Notes under the pieces: model-generated
What the model was told of the DNA's origin: nothing
Database searches by the model: none
The model's input: the letters and a program-made list of their open reading frames with translations, nothing else
Assembly: GCA_047495785.1 (NCBI GenBank)
Contig: JBLDXI010000003.1
Span: 4,500,989-4,564,988 of the forward strand
DNA from: Lepidodermella squamata
Taxonomy: Eukaryota; Animalia; Gastrotricha
Length of the DNA: 64,000 bases
Reading direction: 5' to 3'
Shown: positions 12,622-23,600 of the stretch, one piece after another
Numbering within the stretch: position 1 is the stretch's first letter
Layout: each line of letters opens with the position of its first letter
Translations under genes and position numbers: made by a program

Positions 12622-13857
12622 GGTTATTAAGTCGTCTCAAGCTGTAAATGATGAGTGATCGGAAAAATGAAACTAGCCAGAGTTTCCATGCTTTACTGAC
12701 AAGTTCTTTTGATTGCGCAACAAGATCATAACATACTGCCTTCTTTTATTACGTCAATACTCGCGTGTTTTCGTGTTATTCATGTGTAGGATTTGCCATT
12801 AATTTGAATTTTATTGTCCAACAAATTAATTTTTTCAAAGGTTAAGAATCAGCGTTATTTCAAAAAGGTTTTACGGAGGTTGGTTTTGCTGCTATATATA
12901 GGTAGTATACAGTGTTACGAAGTGAATAGTTGTTCCCTGCGAAGCGATTCTAAAATTTTCGCTTGATTTTTGTCAAACATTCTTGACTAGAATATTATTG
13001 ACTTTTTATTTAAATGAAATTTTTGATATTAAACGTAAACTGCTGAGTTCGAAAACTGTTTTCCAACCAGGTTGCCGCAAACCGCGATGCTCAGTGAGTT
13101 CTCAGCGGAAGGAATCCACATTGTTCTATGATTTGCGACAAGCACGTGATTTTTTTCATTTTTTAACGAAAACCTCATAAAACCAAACAGCCAATAAATT
13201 GCAGCAGACTTATTGAACGATTCTCTATTTACTTAATACGTAGATGCATACAAATTCTTGAAATTGCAATGAAATTTTGCCAGGAAATGTTGCAGTTGAA
13301 AAAAATGTTCGGCTTTTACGCGTTGCTATGCACAATATAATGAAAAAAGTAAAAAGCAAAGGCAGCCAAAATACATTCCTATAAATAATGGTGTTTTTTA
13401 TAAATTGTTTGAACCCCTTGAACTTTATGTCTCATTCTATTCTGTTTTCAAATTATATTTACACTTAGAACAATGAAGAATAACCGTCAGTCAGGAATTC
13501 ATATTACCTACAGCAGACGTAACCTACTTATAAAAAATGGACAATACTTTTTATAATTATTGAGTGTTATACATAGACAGTGGACGTAGACGGTAGACAT
13601 TATAAATCGGCAAAAGAACGTTTTAGGTCGATCTGATATCTGAAGACGTTCCAGAACAAGCTGATTAAAATTCAGCGCTGATTTCATTCTTGAGCAGTAA
13701 GCACACACATAAAAACCTGCCGCCTGCAGCCCGCAATCGAATACCGAAACGAAGGTAAACAAAAAAATTCACACGGCATGTGCGCGCGGGAATTGCATTT
13801 AGCTTTGCAATTTTACGATAGGTATATATACCGAAATGAAAATAGCTGGCTATACTA
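12622..13857. promoter_or_regulatory. Divergent (head-to-head) intergenic region shared by the P450 and the Cys-loop receptor pair
   Basis: AT-rich 1.2 kb between oppositely oriented start codons, with TATA-like TATATA at ~12893 and ~13823. Inferred from position. Confidence 0.45.
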
Positions 13858-15185
13858 ATGTTAATTAATAAAGGGGCTGCGCATAAAATGGCAGCGCCAA
13901 TGTTGCGATTTGGAACAGTGTTGCTAATCTATGTAAACTTCTTGCGAGCCTCATCAGCTGGCGGAGGTCCGAAATTTCTTCCGATCGATGAAACTGTGAA
14001 GCAGCAGATGATAAGCAACTGCAGTTTACTTTCGAAATCTCGGCCTGTTGCAAATTATGGCGACGCTGTGGAAATAAAAGTCAATATGCTGACCTACCGC
14101 ATGCGAGAACTTGACGATCGACTACAGCGCTTCAGCATCATTACTGAGTTGGATTTGATTTGGCAGCATCCATGTACAACTTGGAATTCGTCTGAGAGGG
14201 AAGATGAAGTTGCGCAGTTTCAAATGCGAGCTGAAGAAACGTGGTATCCACTAATTGAACATATCAATGCTGCGGAGGAGTTCAACATTAAAGCGTGAGA
14301 TAACAGCCTATATTCCAGATTTCGTAAATTGTGATGATGTTCTATAGGGATCTGGAACGAAGTTCAGTTTTCTTCAAGGAGGACGGCGGTGTTCTTATGC
14401 CAATCATCACCGTTTTCACTTCGTTTTGCGAGCTTGAGTTAGTCGCTTCTCTTATAATGGTGACAAAACATTGGTTTTACATACTGCTGTTATCTTTTTT
14501 CAGCTTAAATCAGTTTCCTTTTGACGACGAGGTTTGCACTGTTCAGTTCGAGCCGTGGCAATCAACCGCATTTGTTCGCCTAACAATAAGTGAAAACCTC
14601 GATGAAGCCCTGCAAATTTTCGAAGACGAAAACTCCCCCTTCATCAGTCCGTCCGATGTTTGGCAGCTGCTGAGTGTGAATGCTACAGTTCTTCAAATCA
14701 AGTACAAGGACGAGACAAAAGAATCATCTTACGATCGTGTGGTATTCTACTTCTCACTGCGACGGCGTTTCGCGTTTTACTTGATTAACATGTTTTTCCC
14801 TTGCTTTTGCCTATATCTCACTCTTCTTTCATCCGGCTTGATGCCAGCCAAGTACCCGGACAGGGCGGCTTTTTGTGTTACTGTACTACTGGCATACGCT
14901 GTATTGCAAAATTCTGTGAATGATGCAATACCTAAAACTGGGCAAGTCGCGTTGATCGCAACTTTCCTTTCCATGCAGTTGGGAGTTGGAGTTGTTTGCA
15001 CGCTTTATTCATTGTTGGCATGCCACATGGCGTCGATTCCGAAATTGCGGAAATCCTCCTTGAAGGTGTTTGGATGGAAAGTGTCATATCTGCGATTTAT
15101 TGATCTTATTTTCTATTTTTGTATTGTTTGTTCTAGTGTTAGTGCTTTCGCCGTGATCATATATCAAATGGCGCGAAAAAAGTAA
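13858..15185 (+). CDS. Cys-loop pentameric ligand-gated ion channel subunit, divergent non-alpha nAChR-like (copy 1), 3 exons
   Basis: Exons 13858(or 13888)-14294, 14348-14437, 14504-15185. Signal peptide, RPV, WYP, spliced Cys-loop CELDLNQFPFDDEVC (C-x13-C), LRRR pre-M1, four TM helices, M2 DRAAFCVTVLL. Confidence 0.9.
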
Positions 15186-15281
15186 CCCAATTAATGGAAA
15201 TTACCTTTTTAACCTTTATAACATGAAAGAATGTTGTATATTTTATAATACTCTTAGGTCTTTTTAAAGCAGAATATTGTC

Positions 15282-16545
15282 ATGCACTACCTGCTAGTAC
15301 TATTCTTCTGCATCGGCTGTTCGGTGGGCGATGACTTTTCGCCACCGGATGATCGGCTGAGGAATTACCTTATAAGCGAATGTTCCGTTCTATCTCAGTC
15401 CAGGCCCGTCGAGAAGTTTGACGATCCTGCCCAAGTTTTTGTTGCGCTGTTGCCATATCGTTTCCAAGAACTTGAAGATCGCGAACAACGATTCAAACTC
15501 ATAGCCGAGCTTGATTTGTATTGGCAACATCCTTGCGCAAGCTGGGATCCATCTGAGTGGCAAAATGTCAGCGAAGTATCTTTCAACGCGCGAGAAACAT
15601 GGGTACCCATAGTTCAGCATGTGAACGCTGACTCGGAAATGGAACTGAACCAGTAAAAGGCTTGAAATTGTTTGCAGGAAAGCTGTACATATTTCCATTT
15701 AATTTTACAGCTTGCTCGAGGCTGGCTCGATATATTTGTCGAGTGCTGGCCGGTTCTTTCTGCCTACAACCGCGAGTCTGGACTCATTCTGCGAATCCAA
15801 GTATAATTATTATCGCATATATTCATAATTTTTCATTTATTCATCCTCATATAGGCTGACAAAGTTTCCTTTTGACTCTTTGCGATGTTCGCTGCAATTC
15901 GAACCTTACCAGCCTTCGGACTTTGTTCAATTAGTAATGCTTAAGGGTGGTAATGAAACAACGGAAGTTCACTCTGACGACAACCGCCTCTTTATCAGCG
16001 ATGGGGAACTGTGGAATTTAATTAACATCACGGGCAGCGTCCACCTTATTCACTACGGAAACGATATTTTGGGGGACAAGTACACACGAACTGTGTTCAT
16101 TTTTGAGCTATCTCGACGATCGAACAGTTATGCATTCAGCATATTCGTGCCATGCTTTTGCTTGATGGCTGTATTGTTCGCTGCAGGTCTTCTTCCTGCT
16201 AAGCATCCAGACAGACCGGTCTTCTGCATCACAGTGGTTTTGGCGTATTCGTTCATTCAAAGCACTGTCAATCAGTTGATTCCGAATTCAAACGAGACCG
16301 CTTACGTCGTAATGTTTTTATCTTTTCAGCTTGGAGTTAGCTCGCTTTGCACCATCTACGCAATGTGGTCTTGTCACTTCTCGAAAACGAAGGACGCTTA
16401 TAAATTAGTTACATTCGAATTCAAGACGCTTAATATTCAATTTCGTCTCTGCAAAATTAATGCCATGGATTTTGGGTTCTTCTCTGTGGTTTTCCTACTA
16501 ACGTGTGTAATCGACTTGATTTTGTTGATACTCATCATAATTTAG
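15282..16545 (+). CDS. Cys-loop pentameric ligand-gated ion channel subunit, divergent non-alpha nAChR-like (copy 2, tandem paralog), 3 exons
   Basis: Exons 15282-15652, 15711-15800, 15855-16545, with the same two phase-2 intron positions as copy 1. Signal peptide, SRPV, WVP, Cys-loop CESKLTKFPFDSLRC, four TMs, M2 DRPVFCITVVL. Confidence 0.9.
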
Positions 16546-17971
16546 CTAATTTCATAATTTCAATATCCGCAAATAATTTCACTGAACCTCTTCATATCTA
16601 ATGAAATCTCCGTAACTGCATTGCTGTTGATTTGAAAAGAGTCACATTTTAATTTTTGAATAACTGGAATCCGGAACATCAATTCCCCAATAATCCAATT
16701 ATGCAATTCCCCTGATAAATTTAAATCCAGAACAATAGCGACGACGAAGCCTAGATAGGCAAAGTATATTGCTGAATAAAAATGAGTCATTTGAGTGCTT
16801 TGAGTGCTCCACTGTCCCGCGATAATTCAACTCTCTATGGTATGCTGATTGGGTTTCACATGGGAGTACATTAAGCGCCCCATATGATTACGGTTAATTT
16901 GTCATTGTCGACGTAAAATTCAGCACAGATGCCAAAAAACCGGTACTCTAGTGGGTAACATTTGGCAGAAGGGTAAAAAACGAACGATGCTATAATTTCG
17001 ATACATTTTATTTCATTCTCAGCTTTCTTTTCAAGTAGAAACAATGTTATAAGTTTTTGTTATCATAATTATCATTTTTTAGAAAACGAATGCTTTTGGC
17101 CTCATCATTTGACATCATCGTCGTCTCGCCTTGATAGAATATAGCTACAATATTATTACTATTCGTAGAGAGTGATTTGTACAACAACGAGTTTCATCAG
17201 TAAAAAGAAAAAAAGAAGAAATGAAACAACTCTCGTCGCGGCTTTCTCGACTTGAGGTTGGCAACAAATCAGAATCGAGAAGGCCGCAATCATACCATGG
17301 CTGACGAATAGAAATTTTCAACGCGTCGTTGTGCGATTGTGGCGAGTGATGAGAAAGAAGGCCACCGTTGCGCGACTAGATCGAGTAAAAAACAGAAACG
17401 CGTTGTTTTTCTCCTCTCAGATATTGTTCGGACAATCGTAGTCAGATTGATCTATATATTAATAATTGCGAGATTAGAACAGCTCAGCTACGCGAGAAGA
17501 AGCAGACCGATTCGGAATAATGGCGCTCTGCGGAAAGTTCTTTCGAAGTTCATTCAGTTGACAACAAACGAAAAAATTGGCAATAAAACAACGTTCAAGG
17601 CAGCCCTGTGCAGATCCATTCTTTCCAATAAAGTAATCAGAACAAACACAACAGCTAGAAGTTAGGATGGGGCACGACACGGTAAAAGAAATAATTCATA
17701 TAGCATCAGGTAGAAAACGCACATGAGAGAAATTATTGAATTTTTCCATAAGAGGATGAACAATCATATAGTAGAGCGAAAAGGCGCGTAAAAAATCATT
17801 GTTATATCGAATTATTAAAACAGGTATCTTAAAACAAATAAAATCGTTTTTGAGCCAATTTTTGTTGAAGCCGAGAAGGTAGTAGGATTAAAGAAGGAGG
17901 AGGAGTAGGATGGAGCTTCTTGACATGTCTGTATTTACACCGTCCAACAATTGTTCATCAGCTGAAATTCA

Positions 17972-20657
17972 TCACGCGCTCGGGTACTGCTCGAACGCGC
18001 TCAGGTAGTCGATGGCGGCGCGGTAGCAAAAGGCGTACTGCTCCTCCGTCTGCACCATGAGAGGGCGCTGCGTTCGCAGGGTGCGCACCGTGTTGAAGAT
18101 GTCGGCGACGCCATCGAAGCGCATCTGGTCGAGCAGGATGGAGAGCGCGAGGAAGACGCCGGTGCGGCCCACGCCCGACGAGCAGTGCACCGTGATGGGC
18201 CCGTCCTGGCCGAACTGCTCCTTCGTCTTGTGCACCTGGCCGATGAAGTCGATGAAGGCGTCGCCCGCGCGCGGCGTGCCCTGCTCCGGCCAGTCGACGA
18301 AGTGGAACTGCCGGATGGTGCGCGAGTGCCCGTCCCGCGCGTCCGTGATCTTGAACTCGCGCAGCACGTACTGCGTCATGTTGTACTCGGAGAGCGGCTC
18401 GACGGCAAAGTACTGGAAGCGCGTCGGACGGTCGGTCGGCCAGTACAGGTGGCACCGTTCGTGGCCCATCTCGCGCAACTTGGTCAGCATGACGACGATG
18501 GTCGAGTTTTGCTCCCACAACATGCGCCAGAAGTCGTCGGTCGTCTCGGCCAGCGGCGCCTGGGACGCGATGTACGCCCGCCGCTGTCGGTACCCGTCGA
18601 CGTAACTCGCGTTGACGTAGTCGGACCCATCGACGCCGCGGATCGGCTGCAGTTTCACCCGGGTGCTGTCGTAAGGCAGAATGTTCGCCAGACGATTCTT
18701 GAATTTGTTCACCATTTGCGATGCGGCGGTGTACCGCAGCGCCGAGACCGCGCGTTGAGCCGACGAGGAGAGGTGCGTGAGTTTCTTGAACTCGAGCTCG
18801 ATCGAAGTCATCGTGCCGTCGCTGAGCGACATCGGCTGGATGAGTTTTGAGAAGTGCCCGATGAGGTTGCGCACCGGCACCTCGGTCGCGCCGGTCTGCG
18901 CCGCCTCGAGCAGCGCGTCGTAGATGAAAATGTACTGCTCTTCCGTCTGCACCATCGAGTTGCGCTGGGAGCGCATCTGCAGCACGTGGCCGTAGATGTC
19001 GACGGTCTGCTCGGCTCGGATGCGCTCGAGCTGCGCGTCGATCACGACGTACGCGCCTGTCCGGCCGACACCGGCGCTGCAGTGCACAACGAGGGGCCCG
19101 GCGGCTTCGGCCGGTGGCGTCAGGATGCCAGGAGGCGACGAATTGCCGCCATTCGCCAGCATTTGCGCGAGCGGAGTCGTTGCGGCTCGCACTCTCCGGA
19201 TGAAATAGATCAGATGCAACGGGTGCTCAGGCACGCCGTGGTCCGGCCATGCCGTGAACTGAAAGTGCTTCACCTCGCGGCGTTCAGCAGAGCCACGCTA
19301 GACAAAAACATGAGAGTTAACATGGTTTTCCGATAAGTGAGCATCGGTAAAATCCTCCTTATAACGACATAGTGATTTGCACAGCTAAAATTGAGGCCCC
19401 AGCACTTTACTTGAGCTAGTTTGTACATATAAAAATCTTGTAGCTGGCTTCCTAAACTACTGTTATTGAAAATCCGCAATTTGATTACATGGCACACTCC
19501 TCAAAAATCCTAATTTGTTTGAATTCAAGCAGCAACTTACATATGAAATGTGGAAGGTACGGAGGGTGTAGTGGGCGAATTCGATGACGTCGACGAGGGA
19601 GACTTGCATCAAGTCGTAGATCTCGGTGCCGCGACTCGGCCAGTACTGGTCGCACTTCGCGACCCCGCGCTCCTCCAGCTTCGTCATCATGACAACGGCC
19701 GGGCATCGCTGTTCCCAGACCATGCGCCAGAAATCACCGAAAGTCTCCGGCAGGGGGCCTTGCGTCGCGATGTACGCGTGCCGCCGCCGATATCCATCTA
19801 TGTAATTCGCATTGATGTAATCAGAGCCGGGTAGGCCCTCGATCGCGTTCAGCTTCACGCGAGAGTGGTCGAAGGCGATGATATTGGCGAACCGGTTCTT
19901 CGGCTTGTTGTACTCGTGAGTTGAGTGGTGGAAGTCGTAGTTCGGCCGCTCGAGCGACTCGAATTCGGCCGAAAATTTGGCGTTGTCGTTTGCCTTCAAC
20001 CGCTCGACCGCATCAGCAAGTTGATGCGTCGGAATCGCCGGATGAAGGGGTGAAACGCCCGGTGTCGCCACCACCGTCGACATGCTCACCTGCGGGGCAT
20101 GACCGTTGCCCATGACTGCATGGCCGTTGCTCATCGTGGCATTCGTCGCACTCACCGTCGTTGAGAAGGCCGCAGCTGCGGTCGTCAGATGACCCGACGA
20201 AGTCGTCACAATCGTAGCTTGAGCTGTTGTTATCGCTACGACTGGCGGTGGAGTCGGCGCCTGGACAGACGGCGGTGTCACTTTGCCACTCCCAGCTAAA
20301 TTACCACTGATTGACCCGTTGATGGAGCCGTTTCCGTTCTCTTTGATGCTAGTCATCGTCGTGTTGTTCGTCATCGACGAACTAGTGTTGATCATTGTGA
20401 AGGAAGGCGCTGAAATTGCGGCCGAGCCGTTCACTCGAGGTGGGTTTGGCTGGGTCGGCGTCGTCGCGGTTGTCGTAGTTTCTGGAATCATCAACCGGTG
20501 CGTCATCGTCGAATTGTTGTTGTTGTTACTATTAGGCTGGGTTAGAGTGAAGCTGTGAGCAGCCATGCCATTGCCAGCATGCGGCATCTGGTCCATTTCT
20601 TGATGCTGCAGGAGTGGGGTCGGGTCAGGGACTTTGTCCTTCTGATAGGCACGACGT
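17972..20657 (-). CDS. Lar: Lar intracellular exons: juxtamembrane region and PTP domains D1 and D2
   Basis: Exons 20657-19541 and 19297-17972 contain [33 protein letters not shown], two HCSxGxGR motifs and two MVQTEEQY motifs. Confidence 0.97.
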
Positions 20658-23600
20658 CTGTAAAATAAATAACCACAATTTGAAATTGATATCAAAATAA
20701 ATGAAATCGCAAGGTTGTAATTAAAGCCAGTATGACAATGACGAAAAGCTAAAATAATAATGTTACTCGATTGAATAATAATAAAGCGAAATGCCTCTGC
20801 TGGCTAAGGGATGGATCTGGTTCTAGAAGAGGCTTCAACGGATGACAATATTGAGCAGCAGTACTCGACGGCTCTCCTGTGAAAAGCCGCCGGCAAAGCA
20901 GGAAATGTAAGCGATAGAACGAAATAGATATATATTTTACGGTAACGTATAAAACACTGTCAGCTAGTCTGAGTTTCTACGAAAAATGCTAGCGAACAGC
21001 TGCGTTCGCCTTCCGCCAACACTGGTAATCTCTCTTCAATCGAAAGTAGGATTAATAGGCAACGAAACAGCACACAACATGAAAGGCGGGAATACGTCAG
21101 TAAGGGACTCGGCAATAACATATCAAATGATAAGTAGGTAGGCAAAAACTCATGTCAAGGACTGTTTAGAGACCTGTTAACGGCGTTAGCAGCGGCGTAA
21201 TTTTTCGGCGCTTTCTCAAGGCGTCTACGACTCCTGTATGGTGCCAAAGTATTTCGATAAAGTGTGATGAAATTATCAACAAAAATGATGATAGTGCAAG
21301 GCAAATGAAATCAAATTCTAGTTGCTCAGTGATTTTTTGATTATAGGCCAATTTAAGAGGATGAACATACCTAATGAAGCAGAGAATGAGAACGAGGACG
21401 ATAAGGATGATAATAGCGGCAATGCCTGGGCCAAGAATCCACGGCAACTTCGCCACGAGTTCGTTCGGTACCGGTGTCCCAGTGACTGTGAGCGCCAAAA
21501 CACCCTCTGTCGTGAACGGTTCAGACCAGTCCGTCGATTCTTCAAATCGAGTCTGGGTGTAGCCTGGAAAGGTGATGGCACGGACAAAAACACGGTACTG
21601 CTTGTCCCGTTGCAGTCGACGGTTTGCGTAACCATTGTAAACTCGCCCATCACCGACAATGAATTCGATAGGCAAGCTCGACCTGCTGAAATTTGCAGCG
21701 GCGTAGACCAACGGTGAAGGGTCCTCCGGCCGGTAGTCGTTAGGCTGCCGTAGGCCGGGTGTTACTTCGCCCACAAAGATGATGTACTCGGCAATGGGCC
21801 CGTTAGCCTCTGAGAAGTTAGCGAGGCGGGCTACAACCGGAGCAGCATCCCCGCCAGTGATGATGGTTGGTGGCCGTGATGGCTTGGGCGGTGACTCGTA
21901 GTCAGTCCGGGCCCACACGCTAAAAGGCGTCCCAAGCATGTTGTCGGTCTCCTTAAGTTGAAACGTGAACGTGTAGTTGGTGTTCGGTTTCAGTTCGGTG
22001 AAGCGGTACTGCGGCACTGTAATGCCCTCCAGCGTTGCGAATCGTGGACCGTCCGTCAGGTTTTGTAGCACGTTGTTTTCGAGGTAGCTTCTATGACCCT
22101 GGTAGCGGATCTACATAAAACAAAAATTGCATTAACATCGCATTCTAATCTTCCTGTCAAGTCTGCAATGACCGAAACGTATGAAAACCACGATACCGCC
22201 AGATTCAGGAAGGCGAGTGATGGTCATACGTATAGTAAAAACGTATAAAAGCGGCGCAAGTCAAAACGAACAAAACGGACGCAACGGATTACGAAAATAA
22301 AAAACGAGACAACGAAAAGCGTCAGGTTTCTTTTTTTTATATCGGCCTATATAAAAAAAATTATCAGCCCTTCTAAACAGATAACCGAAACCCGTCCGAG
22401 GATTTTTTCATTATAATCAATCAGGATTATAGAAATCTATCTCCACTCAGCTAACGAGCGGATATCCTTCAAACAGATAACCGAGTTTTTAGCTATCTAT
22501 ATGTTAATTTGAAGGGTTTTTCGGGCTTTGGGTAATCATTTTTTACGTGTCAACTGCTAGTTTCAGCGTCGACATGTCAGACAAAGCAAGAAATCAAGTG
22601 AAGCACATCGATAATTATCATCAGCCGTCTGAGTGAAAAGCGCCAGTGCGAGTTGACAAGACAACATAAATGATAGCCAACTAGCCGTAAGAAATTGTGC
22701 TTATGAAATTTTAGTAGTTTCATTTACCATCGCGTTATATTTAGTCTGCCGATTCTGTATACAGAGGAACAATAATAATATTGCAACAGTAGAAGAAATG
22801 TGCGTATTTAAAGGGTGACATCAGATATCAGTCAATTTGCAACAGTTCAAAAATTGCCGTTCTTCAAGTATCAATTTGAAACTGAAATCAATCATGAATG
22901 TGTTTGTGTGCGTTTTGAAATCAAATAGCCACTATCGATTGCTCCGCTAAATTGCAGTATATTTTTGTCATTCTATGGTCATGCGGCACTTGAGAAAGTT
23001 TGGTGGTACACAAGTAAAAGCTATGCTATTTAGTTTTAGAAAATATTTAGTACGTTGTGCGTGGCAATGATAATAATAATAATAATCTTATTATTGTTAT
23101 TGGGGTGGTATTTATTGGCCCGATTCGCTTTAATTTTTTATGAGCGTCGCTGGAGGAGGAAACAAACCTGTGTGTTGGAAGGATCAGACACACGTTCCCA
23201 CGACACAACAACCGCACGAGAGCCTTGAGCAACAGCTTTCAAGCCATGAACAACAGCATTTCGAATTTCTAGGAGAAAAAAAATACAATCATAACGGCTA
23301 CTTGAAGATGATCAGAGTGAACCGACCAGCTGATGGTAGTTTGGGTTCCCGCTTGACAACACTCCGGTCGATCTCGCGGTTATTAGCTCCATAGGCAGCA
23401 GCGACAACGGCATAGGTATCATTGGCGTTGACTGAAAAATTGAGAGAATATTCACATTAATAAATGACAATGATGGAACAGGACAATTACCCAGTATCAA
23501 AATAGTAATTGAGGTAGAAAATAAGCCGATTTTACAAAACATTTGGCGCCAAGTGAAAAAAGGTTCGATACAAAATTACGCCACCATAATTTAGCAACTA

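Noticed and set aside
15182-15282. Cis-spliced fusion of the two receptor genes into a concatemeric subunit using the GT overlapping the stop codon
   Set aside because: Joining the donor at 15182 to the AGs at 15257, 15269 or 15272 gives a stop or the wrong frame relative to ATG 15282.
17958-19336. Long antisense and alternate-frame ORFs over the PTP exon, and similar ones over eya and the FN3 exons
   Set aside because: By-product of GC-rich codon usage in the real gene; no domain features.
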